Notes: generated from the sequence alone by a model not told the origin. A stretch of DNA of 58,758 nucleotides from Flavobacterium sp. (GCA_035306305.1 DATGOD010000078.1:1-58758); one strand, 5' to 3'. Shown: positions 9,039 to 19,400, numbered from the stretch's first letter. A program made the numbers and translations.

Positions 9039-10106
9039 GTGAAGAAATTTATATTTTACGCGCTATTATTAGCACCAACTGTTTTGATAGCTCAGTCCAG
9101 AAAGTATTCTAATGAATTCATGAATATTGGTGTAGATGCAGCTGCAATGGGAATGGGCAAAACTGTTATTGCTCAAACCGATGATGTAAATGCTCAATAT
9201 TGGAATCCGGCAGGGCTCACACGTTTGCAAGACAGACAAGTGTCGTTGATGCACGCCAGTTATTTTGCGAATATTGCTCAATATGATTTTGCCGCTTTTG
9301 CCATGCCTATTGACGAAAAAAGTGCCATCGGGATTTCGGCAATGCGTTTTGGTGTAGATGATATTTTGAATACAACCGAATTGATTGACAAAGACGGTAA
9401 CATCGATTATAGTCGAATATCTAAATTTTCTACCGCCGATTATGCGTTTTCGGTAAGTTATGCACGCGAATTGAATATCGAAGGTTTGTCGGTTGGTGCC
9501 AATGCCAAAGTGGTCCGAAGAGTTATCGGTAAATTTGCCAATTCATGGGGATTTGGTTTTGATATCGGAGTACAATATCAAAGAAACAATTGGCAGTTCG
9601 GATTGATGGCAAGAGATATTACCACTACTTACAATACGTGGAATATCAACAAAGCAGAATACGAAAAAATCAAAGATGCGGTCGAAGGACAAAATCAAGC
9701 GATGCCAGAAACAACCGAAATCACGCTGCCAAAATTGCAATTGGGCGTTGCAAGAGACTTTTTCTGGAAAGAAGATTTTCGCTTTACGCCAGCATTTGCT
9801 TTACACACAGAGTTTTATCAAACCAACGCTTTGATTTCGAGCAAAGGATTTAGCATTCAGCCATCTATCGGTTTTGAAGCCGGTTACAACGAAATGGTTT
9901 TCCTGCGTGCCGGTTTGGGGAATTTTCAAAATCAATTACAAATTGATGGAGACGAAAAAGTAACTTTTGAGCCCAATATCGGTATTGGATTTAATTATAA
10001 AGGAATCCAAATTGATTATGCTTTGACGAATATCGGAAGTCAAGGAGCGTCGTTGTATTCTAATATTTTTTCTGTAAAAGTAGATTTGAGTATTTTTGAT
10101 AAATAA
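9039..10106 (+). CDS. PorV/PorQ-family (FadL-like) outer-membrane beta-barrel, T9SS-associated
   Basis: Signal peptide; FMNIGVDAAAMGMG and YWNPAGL motifs; alternating beta strands; TATCTTTG promoter at 9017-9024. Confidence 0.8.
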   Translation: MKKFIFYALLLAPTVLIAQSRKYSNEFMNIGVDAAAMGMGKTVIAQTDDVNAQYWNPAGLTRLQDRQVSLMHASYFANIAQYDFAAFAMPIDEKSAIGISAMRFGVDDILNTTELIDKDGNIDYSRISKFSTADYAFSVSYARELNIEGLSVGANAKVVRRVIGKFANSWGFGFDIGVQYQRNNWQFGLMARDITTTYNTWNINKAEYEKIKDAVEGQNQAMPETTEITLPKLQLGVARDFFWKEDFRFTPAFALHTEFYQTNALISSKGFSIQPSIGFEAGYNEMVFLRAGLGNFQNQLQIDGDEKVTFEPNIGIGFNYKGIQIDYALTNIGSQGASLYSNIFSVKVDLSIFDK

Positions 10107-10173
10107 AATTTGTAATTAAAGACGAAATAAAAAATCGTTAAAACCTGGAAGGTTTAAGAAATACAAAATTTGA

Positions 10174-11277
10174 ATGAAAAAATTACATATTGTATTTAGT
10201 CTAATATTGCTGTTGTCAGGAATGTCGTTGTTGGCTCAACCTGAACAGTTGAGTAACGAGGCAAAAATAAGCGTGATTACTTGCGGTTCGGGCAGCGAAT
10301 TATACAGTATTTTCGGGCACACAGCGATTCGTTTTGTGGATAAAGGACAACAACTCGATGTGGTTTTTAATTACGGAACTTTCGATTTTAGTACGCCTAA
10401 TTTTTATGCCAAATTCATCAAAGGAGATTTACTTTACTATTTATCGGTTAGTGATTATGCTTCTTTTATTCGGAGTTATCAAATAGAAAATCGCTCGGTT
10501 GATGAACAGTTTTTGGAACTGACAAACGAGCAAAAGCAGCAGTTATGGCAGAATATTTTGCAGCAATTTCGCAGCTCAGATAAATATTACACCTATCGTT
10601 TTGTGGATAACAATTGCACGACCAAAGTAGTTGATTTGTTAAATGAAGTTTTGCCTCATCCGTTAGAAACTGATTTTGAAGAAAATAATCATACATATAG
10701 AGAAATTCTCAGTGCTTATTTGCCTCACCATTATTTTGAAAAATTGGGTATAAATATTCTATTCGGCAACAAAACCGATTTGATGAGTGAACATGTTTTT
10801 ATGCCTGATAAATTATTGAAAAGCGTTGAAATATCCCAGAACGGAACACATCGTTTGACAGAACGGACACAACGAGTTTTTACTGCCCAAGAAGCGAAAT
10901 ACAATCCATTGAATAGTTGGTGGTTTGCTTGTATATTAGCATTAATTTTAGCCGGATTGAGTTATTTTAAAGCTGTCCGTTACACCATTTTGACGATAAG
11001 CGGATTGTTGGGCGGTTTGTTAATTTTTATTCATTTTTATAGTCAGCATACCGAGCTTTTGAGCAATAATATGGTCATGTTGTTCAACCCACTTTACCTA
11101 ATTTATTTGTTTGTCAGAAAAAGAAATGTAAAAAAATATTTTTGTTATATATTTTTGGTAATCAGTATTTTATTTGTGATACTATGTGGATGGGAAAAAA
11201 TTGTTCTTTTTTTACCAATTTTAGGCATACATTTTGCTTGTATTTTCATTGAAAAGAAAAAATTGCAAAATGTTTAA
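10174..11277 (+). CDS. lnb: DUF4105 / Lnb-like lipoprotein N-acyltransferase
   Basis: LYSIFGHTAIR, FNYGTFDF and DNNCTT motifs plus C-terminal TM helices. Confidence 0.75.
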   Translation: MKKLHIVFSLILLLSGMSLLAQPEQLSNEAKISVITCGSGSELYSIFGHTAIRFVDKGQQLDVVFNYGTFDFSTPNFYAKFIKGDLLYYLSVSDYASFIRSYQIENRSVDEQFLELTNEQKQQLWQNILQQFRSSDKYYTYRFVDNNCTTKVVDLLNEVLPHPLETDFEENNHTYREILSAYLPHHYFEKLGINILFGNKTDLMSEHVFMPDKLLKSVEISQNGTHRLTERTQRVFTAQEAKYNPLNSWWFACILALILAGLSYFKAVRYTILTISGLLGGLLIFIHFYSQHTELLSNNMVMLFNPLYLIYLFVRKRNVKKYFCYIFLVISILFVILCGWEKIVLFLPILGIHFACIFIEKKKLQNV

Positions 11278-12004
11278 ATTATTTAAAAGTAAACCACAAC
11301 TCAAAGAGCTTATACCAACCAATTCATTTGATTTTCATTCGCATGTTCTATACGGATTAGACGATGGAGCTAAAACGATAGAAGATACCCTGTTTTTGAT
11401 AAATTCGTTGATAGAATTAGGTTTCTCCGAATTATCGGCGTCGCCTCATACGACACCTTTGGTGTGGGAAAATACCAAAGAAGGGATTCTCGCTCAATAC
11501 GAAAAAATAAAAGAAGAAATTCTGGAACTATCTCAACAAGTGCAATTGCGAACCGCTTCTGAGTATTTGATGGATGAGAGCTTTTTGCAACGAATGCAGT
11601 CGGAAAAATTATTGACTATCAAAGATAATTATGTGTTGGTGGAAATGTCGTATATCAATCCGCCGATGGGGTTATATGATATATTATTTCAATTAAAATC
11701 AGAAGGGTATCAGCCTGTTTTGGCACATCCTGAGCGATATAATTTTTACAAAAATGATTTAGAATCATTTCGTAAATTAAAGAAATACGGTTGTTTGTTT
11801 CAGTTGAATATTCTTTCTACAACCGGTTATTATGGCGATGGAATTGCCGAAGTTGCCGATTATTTACTTAAGGAAAATATGTATGATTTTGCCGCTACCG
11901 ATGTACATCACAACAAACATATTGAAGCTTTTCAATCGAAAGTAAAAGTAAGAAACTACCAATCAATAGAAAAACTACTTGAAAATAATAATGTTTTAAG
12001 ATAA
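11270..12004 (+). CDS. CpsB/CapC-family (PHP) protein-tyrosine phosphatase
   Basis: DFHSHVLYGLDDG, SPH, LAHPERY and TDVHH motifs; ATG at 11270. Confidence 0.88.
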   Translation: MFKLFKSKPQLKELIPTNSFDFHSHVLYGLDDGAKTIEDTLFLINSLIELGFSELSASPHTTPLVWENTKEGILAQYEKIKEEILELSQQVQLRTASEYLMDESFLQRMQSEKLLTIKDNYVLVEMSYINPPMGLYDILFQLKSEGYQPVLAHPERYNFYKNDLESFRKLKKYGCLFQLNILSTTGYYGDGIAEVADYLLKENMYDFAATDVHHNKHIEAFQSKVKVRNYQSIEKLLENNNVLR

Positions 12005-12030
12005 TGATTTTGTTGGTAAGGTAGAAACAA

Positions 12031-13566
12031 TTATAATGATTTTTTATCAAAATAATTCGGGTCATCAATCATGTTGACCTGAATTATTTTTTCAGCATTT
12101 CTAATCATTCTTTGACAACGCAAACTTAATTGGGTTAGATAAATTTTCTTGTCATATTTCTGATAACGTTCGGTGATTTTATGCAAAGATTCGATTGCCG
12201 ACATATCGAGTACACTACTTTCTTTAAAGCTGATAATAACTGTGTCGGGATCGTTTATAACATCGAATTTTTCTAAAAATGTAGTTGTAGAACCAAAAAA
12301 TAATGGCCCGTAAATATCATAATGTTTAATGCCGTTGGCGTCGATATAACGTCTTGCACGTATGCGTTTGGCACTTTCCCAAGCAAATACCAATGCAGAA
12401 ATGATTACGCCGATTAATACTGCTAAAGCTAAATTATGCAGGAATATAGTAATTAGCGTTACCAAAACCATAACGAGTATATCGGGTTTAGGCATTTTGT
12501 TGAAAATCCGAAAACTTATCCATTCAAAAGTACCAATAGCGACCATCATCATTACACCAACCAACGCCGCCATCGGAATTTGCTCAATCACAGGACCACC
12601 AATCAAAATGATAATCAAAATAGTTATCGCACCAACTATTGCCGAGATTCGTGTTCTTCCGCCTGCACCAATATTTACCAGCGTTTGTGCCACCATAGCA
12701 CATCCGCCCATTCCGCCAAAAAAACCGTTGGTAATATTTGCAAGTCCTTGTGCCGTCGCTTCCCGGTTAGACGCTCCTTTGGTATTGGTCATTTCATCCA
12801 CCATGTTCAAAGTTAGTAAACTCTCTATTAAACCAACGCCTGCCATAATCAGTGCATAAGGAAAAATAATTTGCAATGTTTTTAATGTCCAAGGAATTTC
12901 CGGAATATGAAAAGAAGGAAACGAACCGCTGACAGAGGCAATATCAAAAACTTTTTTTGTGTTTATATCGAAAAAATAAACAATGCCAAATACAATAATG
13001 ATGGCAGCCAACGAGGCTGGGATGGCTTTGGTAATCTTAGGGAAAATATAAACAATCAGAATTGTAATAAGTGTTAACCCTATCATCAGGTATAAAGCAG
13101 CACCTTGTAACCAAGATGTTGTTCCGTTTGTAGTAATTTTAAACTGAGCGATTTGTGCCATGAAAATAATCACCGCCAAACCATTCAAGAAACCGTACAT
13201 TACAGGTTGAGGAATCAAACGAACGAATTTTCCGAGTTTGAAAACACCAACCAATAATTGTAAAACGCCTGCCAAAACCACTGTAGCAAATAGATATTCC
13301 ACTCCATGCGAAGCTGCCAAAGCAATCAAAACGACTACGGTTGCACCCGCACCACCCGAAACCATTCCGGGTCTGCCACCGAAAAACGCGGTAACCAACC
13401 CCATCAAAAAAGCCGCATAAAGCCCGGTTAAAGGCGAAAGTCCTGCTAAAATGGCAAACGACAGTGATTCCGGAATCATTGTCATGGCAACGGTTAAACC
13501 AGCTAAAATCTCGTTTTTGTAATTGATTTCTTGTTTTAAATCAAACAAGTTTAAAATTTTTTGCAT
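12031..13566 (-). CDS. SulP-family inorganic anion transporter with STAS domain
   Basis: LAGLTVAMTMIPES, GGMGGCAM and GPLFFGS motifs. Confidence 0.93.
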   Translation of the reverse strand: MQKILNLFDLKQEINYKNEILAGLTVAMTMIPESLSFAILAGLSPLTGLYAAFLMGLVTAFFGGRPGMVSGGAGATVVVLIALAASHGVEYLFATVVLAGVLQLLVGVFKLGKFVRLIPQPVMYGFLNGLAVIIFMAQIAQFKITTNGTTSWLQGAALYLMIGLTLITILIVYIFPKITKAIPASLAAIIIVFGIVYFFDINTKKVFDIASVSGSFPSFHIPEIPWTLKTLQIIFPYALIMAGVGLIESLLTLNMVDEMTNTKGASNREATAQGLANITNGFFGGMGGCAMVAQTLVNIGAGGRTRISAIVGAITILIIILIGGPVIEQIPMAALVGVMMMVAIGTFEWISFRIFNKMPKPDILVMVLVTLITIFLHNLALAVLIGVIISALVFAWESAKRIRARRYIDANGIKHYDIYGPLFFGSTTTFLEKFDVINDPDTVIISFKESSVLDMSAIESLHKITERYQKYDKKIYLTQLSLRCQRMIRNAEKIIQVNMIDDPNYFDKKSL

Positions 13567-13609
13567 TGTATTGGACTAAGGATATGTATAAGATATGATA
13601 GGCGAGGAG

Positions 13610-14395
13610 TTATTGGTTTTCCTCTTTTTTTGCTTTTTCCCAATAAACATCCAATTGCGATAGAGGTAAATCGCTAATGTTTTTTTTATCAGCTTGTATA
13701 GATTTTTCCATTTGCTGAAATCTGCTGATAAATTTTCGATTGGTTTTCTCCAAAGCATCTTCCGGATGTATGTTCATAAATCGGGCATAATTAATCAAAG
13801 AGAAAAATACATCGCCCAACTCAGCTTCCATTTTGTCGTGGTTGTTTTGCTCTACTTCGGTTTTGAATTCTTGTAATTCTTCTTCCACTTTTTCCCAAAC
13901 TTGCTCGGCATTATCCCAATCAAAGCCAACACCTTTTACTTTGTCTTGGATTCGCGTTGCTTTGACCATAGCCGGTAAGCTTTTTGGTACGCCTGCCAAC
14001 ACAGATTTGTTACCTTCTTTGAGTTTGATTTTTTCCCAATTTCGTTTAACTTCCTCTTCGTTTTCTACTTGAACATCTCCGTAGATATGTGGATGTCGAG
14101 CAATCAATTTTTCGCAAATGCCGTTACAAACGTCTGCGATGTCAAAATCATTGGTTTCTGAACCCATTTTGGCATAAAAAACAATGTGTAGAAGTACGTC
14201 GCCTAATTCTTTTTTGATTTCGTTCATGTCGTTTTCAACAATAGCATCGCCAAGTTCGTAAACTTCTTCTACGGTAAGATTTCGCAAGCTTTGGAAAGTT
14301 TGTTTTTTATCCCATGGACATTTTTCTCGCAAATCGTCCATGATGTCTAAAAGTCTTTCAAATGCTTGTAATTGTTGAGCTCTGTTGTTGGGCAT
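13610..14395 (-). CDS. mazG: Nucleoside triphosphate pyrophosphohydrolase
   Basis: CPWDKKQT, EEVYEL, ELGDVL, RHPHIYG, tandem MazG domains. Confidence 0.95.
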   Translation of the reverse strand: MPNNRAQQLQAFERLLDIMDDLREKCPWDKKQTFQSLRNLTVEEVYELGDAIVENDMNEIKKELGDVLLHIVFYAKMGSETNDFDIADVCNGICEKLIARHPHIYGDVQVENEEEVKRNWEKIKLKEGNKSVLAGVPKSLPAMVKATRIQDKVKGVGFDWDNAEQVWEKVEEELQEFKTEVEQNNHDKMEAELGDVFFSLINYARFMNIHPEDALEKTNRKFISRFQQMEKSIQADKKNISDLPLSQLDVYWEKAKKEENQ

Positions 14396-14411
14396 AATTT
14401 ACTTTATCAGG

Positions 14412-14443
14412 AAAAAAATCCTGCCGATTACAGCAGGATTTTT
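14412..14443 (-). terminator. Intrinsic terminator after the DUF5606 gene
   Basis: AAAAAAATCCTGC-CGATTACA-GCAGGATTTTT. Confidence 0.7.
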
Positions 14444-14447
14444 GATG

Positions 14448-15035
14448 TTATTTATCTTCTTTTTCGCTTTTTGCTTTTGGTTTAGCAGTCTTTTTAGCCG
14501 CGGGTTTTTTCTCCGTTTCTGCTTTTTTGGTTTCTTTTTTCTCTGCTGTTTTTTTAGCTGTTGTAGCTTTTTTGGTAGCTGGCTTCTTTTTTTCGGTTTC
14601 TTCTTTATTAGTCTCTTCCGTTTTTTCCTCAGCTTGTTTTAGTGCTGTACTAAATACATTTGCCAAACCAGATTTTTGAATAACGCTGTACCAATTGAGT
14701 ACTTTTCGTATGTCAGAAACATACACACGGTCGGTGTCGTAATCAGGTACGATTTCTGAGAAATAAGCAGTCAATTTGTCTTCACTTTCTTTGTGAGAAA
14801 TGGCTTCTTGGTCGTTTTCTTTTTTGGCAATTCGGGCAAAAATTTCAAACAATTTGATTTCGCCTGTATTGGTGTAGATAGAAATTTCAGAAAGCAAACT
14901 TACGTTGCTTCTCAATCCTACGTTTAATTTTTTCTTGTCGGCAAGTGATTCTGCAACAAATCCTGTGCGCGTTTGAATTTTCAATTCATATAATCCCGGT
15001 TTCCCCGATATGGCTAAAATTTTTTCTACGTTCAT
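14448..15035 (-). CDS. DUF5606-family protein with Lys/Ala/Glu-rich tail
   Basis: ILAISGKPGLY, EISIYT and PDYDTDRVYVSDIRKVLNWY; found next to def as is usual in Bacteroidota. Confidence 0.8.
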   Translation of the reverse strand: MNVEKILAISGKPGLYELKIQTRTGFVAESLADKKKLNVGLRSNVSLLSEISIYTNTGEIKLFEIFARIAKKENDQEAISHKESEDKLTAYFSEIVPDYDTDRVYVSDIRKVLNWYSVIQKSGLANVFSTALKQAEEKTEETNKEETEKKKPATKKATTAKKTAEKKETKKAETEKKPAAKKTAKPKAKSEKEDK

Positions 15036-15094
15036 TTTCTTTTATTTTTTCAAGACAGCAAATATCATAATAAGAAATTAATATACAAAAAAAA

Positions 15095-15682
15095 TTATTT
15101 ATTCCTTTTGCTCATTAATTTCATTTTATAGTCAGTAAAGACTTTTCCGTCTATGATATTCTGCAATTTTTTGTTGTTCAATTTCTTTTTTAGTCCCGAT
15201 AATTTATCGGTAAATAAAATTCCTTCGATATGATCATATTCGTGCTGAACCACTCTGGCAGCATATCCGTCTAATACTTCAGTGTGTTTGTTGAAATTCT
15301 CGTCCAGATATTCGATTGTGATAATAGATTTGCGTTTTACATTTTCACGAACACCTGGTATGCTCAGACAACCTTCGTTAAAACTCCATTCTTTGCCTTC
15401 TTCTTTTAAGATTTTAGCGTTGATAAATGTGCGTTGAAATGTACGCAGGTAATTTTGTTCTTCTACCGACAAATCATCATCTTCGCTGAAAGGGCTACAA
15501 TCTACGACGAATAATCTGATTGCCAAACCAATTTGTGGTGCCGCCAGACCAACTCCTGAAGCATGTCTCATGGTTTCAAACATATTATCGACAAGCTCAT
15601 TGATTTCGGGGTAATCGCTATCAATGTTGTCGCATTTTTTTCTTAGAATAGGGTCGCCGTATCCAACAATAGGTAAAATCAT
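15095..15682 (-). CDS. def: Peptide deformylase
   Basis: GVGLAAPQIG, EGCLSIP and QHEYDH motifs. Confidence 0.97.
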   Translation of the reverse strand: MILPIVGYGDPILRKKCDNIDSDYPEINELVDNMFETMRHASGVGLAAPQIGLAIRLFVVDCSPFSEDDDLSVEEQNYLRTFQRTFINAKILKEEGKEWSFNEGCLSIPGVRENVKRKSIITIEYLDENFNKHTEVLDGYAARVVQHEYDHIEGILFTDKLSGLKKKLNNKKLQNIIDGKVFTDYKMKLMSKRNK

Positions 15683-15825
15683 CTTTCGTTTTTTTTAATC
15701 AGACGACAAAATTAGTGATTTTATATGACCTGACAGAAGTAATAAATATTAAAATTATTTTTGAATTGCTCGATTTTACTTTGTGTAATTTTATAGATTT
15801 GTATATTGCTTTGTAAAAACCAGCT

Positions 15826-18084
15826 ATGTATCAGGATTTAGTTAAAAAAGTAGGAGACAACCACCTCACTGATTCTATCAGAATAACTTTGGCAGCCGCC
15901 TTACCGTTTTTTATATTTATTGATGCAGATGGATATACGATTCCGTTTGCTTTTTCGTTGGGAGCTATTTTAACGTCGGCTACTGATGTAGTTGGGAGTT
16001 TTAGCCATAAATTCAAAGGGTTGTTGATAGGAAATTTGCTCATTGCAATAGTTACTTTTTTGATTTGTAGCTTGGTGCCTTATCGTTGGATTTTTTATCC
16101 GTTTTTTGCGTTTTTATTATTTGCAGTGGGGATGATTGCTGTATATGGCTTTCGTGCAAGCTCATTGTCATTTACGCTTTTATTGACGATTAGTTTATCT
16201 TTTGTACATGATTATACCGGTTGGGAATTAGCTAATTATTGTTTTTATTTGCTAGGAGGAGGATTGTTATATACTTTGCTTTCTCTACTGTCTTATTTGA
16301 TAAAACCCAAACGATATGTCAATGTCGAATTGGCAAATTGTATCGACAAAACAGGTGATTTTCTCGACATCAGAACCAAATTATGGTCTGAAAGTGCAGA
16401 CACAGAAGAATTGACCAAACAACAATTGGATTTGCAAATTCAATTAAACACCTTGCATGAAAATATTCGGAATTATCTCGTACACAACAAAAGTCATATC
16501 AAAGATACAAGCAACAATCGGAAATTGCTTATTGCTTTGTCTTCGTTGGTAGAAATGATGGAATTGGCAAGTACCAATGTCTTTAATCACGAACAAATTA
16601 GACAAATGTTTGCCGATGAACCCAAACTGATTTCGGAATATCAAAATATGGCAAGGCACATGGCCTTGACAATGCACGAATTGTCCTACCATATCAAAGC
16701 CAATAAAAAATATCATTCGCCCGTTAATTTAATTGGCGATTTCAAAGCATTGAAACTACATTTTGAAGAGTATGTTAAGAAAAATCAACTTAGCCAAACT
16801 TCCAATAAATACATTGTTTTCTCCAATGTTTTGCATTATGCTGAAAAGCAAATCCAGAAAGTAAAAGGATTGGAACGCGTGTACAAACAACGCGTTAATG
16901 CCGACCAATTGCGTGGAAAATATAAAGATTTGGAAAAATTTCTCAGCCCGCAACATTATCGAATAGAATCGTTGAAAGAAAATCTCAATTTCAATTCGAG
17001 TATATTTCGGCATTCACTTCGGCTGATGATTACCATTGTCGCAGGATTTGCTTTAGGAGAAATATTACCACTCCAAAAAGAATACTGGATTTTGATGACC
17101 ATTATCGTGATTATGCGACCAGGTTACGGATTAACCAAACAACGTTCGAAAGACCGTGTTTTAGGCACCGTTTTAGGATGTCTGATTGCGTTTGCGATTT
17201 TGTATTTTATACACAATAATACGATTATTGTAGCACTTACCTTAATATCTATGGTTTTAGGGTATTGGATGGCATATTCCAAATATTCGTTGGGTGTTAC
17301 ATTTATTACGCTTTGTGTAGCATTGATGTATGGATTTATGACACCCGATGTAGAAAAAATGGTTGCTTATCGGGTTACAGATACTGTTATCGGTGCTATA
17401 TTGGCGTTTGCTGCAACACATTTGCTTTGGCCATCGTGGGAATTTCTAAAAATTAGATACCATTTAAAAGAAACGCTTACAGCCAATAAAAATTTTGTTG
17501 CCGAAATTAAAACTTATTATAATGTAAAAGGAGAACCGACTACCGCCTATAAATTAACCAGAAAATATGCCTATACCGAAGTCGGAAACTTGATGGCATC
17601 TTTTCAACGAATGGTGCAAGAACCGAAATCGAAACAGAAGTTTAGGGCAGAATTATATGAAATGGTTGTACTCAATCAAGCGTTATTGTCGGCAAATGCA
17701 AGTATCGGAACCTATATTCAATCGCATACCACCACCGAAGCTTCAGCTGCATTTAATATCGTGATGGATCAAATTGTGGATAATCTTAATAAAACTTCAG
17801 AACTCTTGGAAGATAACCCGAGAGAAGGTATTCAAATTGAAACAACCGAAGATTTTGAAATCGGTTTTTCTACATTGAAAAAAATTAAACGAGAAGAATT
17901 AGAAGCTACAATCGATGATCCAGAAAAAAGAGTACAACTTCTGGAAGAATCTCAATTGGTTATCGATCAGTTGGTTTGGATGATTAGTTTGTCTGAGAAA
18001 TTATTCTATACGGCACAGAAAATCGAAGAAATACGCAAAGAACTCAGAGAAAACAAAAAGAAGAAAAACACCATTTTCGGTTAG
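15826..18084 (+). CDS. FUSC/YccS-family membrane protein
   Basis: Two TM blocks; FRHSLRL and YWILMTIIVIMRPGYGLTKQRSKDRVLGT. Confidence 0.88.
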   Translation: MYQDLVKKVGDNHLTDSIRITLAAALPFFIFIDADGYTIPFAFSLGAILTSATDVVGSFSHKFKGLLIGNLLIAIVTFLICSLVPYRWIFYPFFAFLLFAVGMIAVYGFRASSLSFTLLLTISLSFVHDYTGWELANYCFYLLGGGLLYTLLSLLSYLIKPKRYVNVELANCIDKTGDFLDIRTKLWSESADTEELTKQQLDLQIQLNTLHENIRNYLVHNKSHIKDTSNNRKLLIALSSLVEMMELASTNVFNHEQIRQMFADEPKLISEYQNMARHMALTMHELSYHIKANKKYHSPVNLIGDFKALKLHFEEYVKKNQLSQTSNKYIVFSNVLHYAEKQIQKVKGLERVYKQRVNADQLRGKYKDLEKFLSPQHYRIESLKENLNFNSSIFRHSLRLMITIVAGFALGEILPLQKEYWILMTIIVIMRPGYGLTKQRSKDRVLGTVLGCLIAFAILYFIHNNTIIVALTLISMVLGYWMAYSKYSLGVTFITLCVALMYGFMTPDVEKMVAYRVTDTVIGAILAFAATHLLWPSWEFLKIRYHLKETLTANKNFVAEIKTYYNVKGEPTTAYKLTRKYAYTEVGNLMASFQRMVQEPKSKQKFRAELYEMVVLNQALLSANASIGTYIQSHTTTEASAAFNIVMDQIVDNLNKTSELLEDNPREGIQIETTEDFEIGFSTLKKIKREELEATIDDPEKRVQLLEESQLVIDQLVWMISLSEKLFYTAQKIEEIRKELRENKKKKNTIFG

Positions 18085-18671
18085 AATGTAAATGTAGCCA
18101 GTTTTTCTTTGGCAAATTGAGATAATTCAGCAAAGAAAATGGTAAATTCTTCTTCAAATTCGGCGTAATGTTTTTGCAAATCCTCTATAGATAAATCCAT
18201 ATTAGACGGAACAGAAAAACGCTTGTCCATTTGATGTAAAATTTTTTCTAAATAATCGATATACTGGTAATTATACAACCAATCGTTTTCGGTCATATAC
18301 GGAATCAGACGCTTGGTCTTATCATTCAATTCATCGTAATGAACATGCAAGTTTTCATAAAATTGATGGGTAAATGTAGCCAAAGGAATATCGCTATACA
18401 TAGACCAATTTTTCGCCAAAAAATGATCGTAAAACATATCGATAATAATACCCGAAAAATGATTGAATTTTGGTGCCAAACGATGTTTCGATTGCCGAAA
18501 AACCGGATGAAAATCCGTGAAACTATCAATCGATCGATGCAGCAAAACACCAATCTGAATGTCGGGATGATAATGTTTGTAATCTTTTCCACGAATGCCG
18601 TCGCCCATAAAATTGCCAATTTGTATGCGTGGATTATCGCCCGAAAGATAAATATGTGCCAGAAAATTCAT
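18081..18671 (-). CDS. acpH: Acyl carrier protein phosphodiesterase
   Basis: MNFLAHIYLS, LHRSIDSFTDFHP and DMFYDHFLA motifs. Confidence 0.9.
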   Translation of the reverse strand: MNFLAHIYLSGDNPRIQIGNFMGDGIRGKDYKHYHPDIQIGVLLHRSIDSFTDFHPVFRQSKHRLAPKFNHFSGIIIDMFYDHFLAKNWSMYSDIPLATFTHQFYENLHVHYDELNDKTKRLIPYMTENDWLYNYQYIDYLEKILHQMDKRFSVPSNMDLSIEDLQKHYAEFEEEFTIFFAELSQFAKEKLATFTF

Positions 18672-18774
18672 ATCAAAAAAATCACAAAGATGATGCTTCT
18701 AAGATAAGGATTTTTTGATTGTTTTGACCGCTTAAGTTCATTATAAATAAAAAACATTGGCATATAAAAATATT

Positions 18775-18794
18775 TTGGTGTAAATTTACACCAA
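18775..18794. promoter_or_regulatory. Perfect 20-bp palindrome, probable operator of the TA operon
   Basis: TTGGTGTAAA|TTTACACCAA, ending 12 nt before the antitoxin start. Confidence 0.7.
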
Positions 18795-18806
18795 TAAACC
18801 TTTTGA

Positions 18807-19049
18807 ATGATGACACGACAAAGCATTACATTAGCCAAACAAAACGACGAATGGCTGAAAGCACAAATTGCAGAAGAAGAATTCAACAGCAAAAGCGAAG
18901 CAATCAATTATTTAATTAAACAGGCACGCGAACGCGAAGAATACTACGAATATGTCCGAATGAAAATAAAACGAGGTGAAAAAAGTGGCTTTGCCGAAAA
19001 ACAAACCAAAGAAGAAATGTTGGCAGAGTTTAAAAAACGTCTAAAATGA
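18807..19049 (+). CDS. parD: ParD-like ribbon-helix-helix antitoxin
   Basis: RQSITL beta strand, EFNSKSEAINYLI helix, IKRGEKSG; overlaps the toxin start (ATGA). Confidence 0.8.
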   Translation: MMTRQSITLAKQNDEWLKAQIAEEEFNSKSEAINYLIKQAREREEYYEYVRMKIKRGEKSGFAEKQTKEEMLAEFKKRLK

Positions 19050-19327
19050 TGTATAACTATTTTTTAACTCGTGAAGCAAAGGAAGATTTGTGGAGAATTT
19101 TTGAATACGGAGTTTATAAATTTGGCGAAGCCCAAGCAGATAAATATTTTAATATGATGCATAATTGTTTTGAAAGAATAGCCACCAATCCACTAATGTT
19201 TCCAAAAGCAACACATTTAAAAAAAGGTTACAGATATTGCGTTTGTGGTGTTGATACTATTTATTTCAAAATTGTAGGCGACGAAATCGGAATAATCACA
19301 ATCATCGGAAGACAAGATTACAAATAA
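19046..19327 (+). CDS. parE: RelE/ParE-family toxin
   Basis: YFLTREAKEDLWRIFEYG..KFGEAQADKY, typical ParE N-terminus; 93 aa. Confidence 0.87.
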   Translation: MMYNYFLTREAKEDLWRIFEYGVYKFGEAQADKYFNMMHNCFERIATNPLMFPKATHLKKGYRYCVCGVDTIYFKIVGDEIGIITIIGRQDYK

Positions 19328-19400
19328 CAATTTTCAACTTTCTCTTTCCTTATTTAACAAAGTAATCTTTATATTTGTTTCTGAACAAAATTAAAAATAA

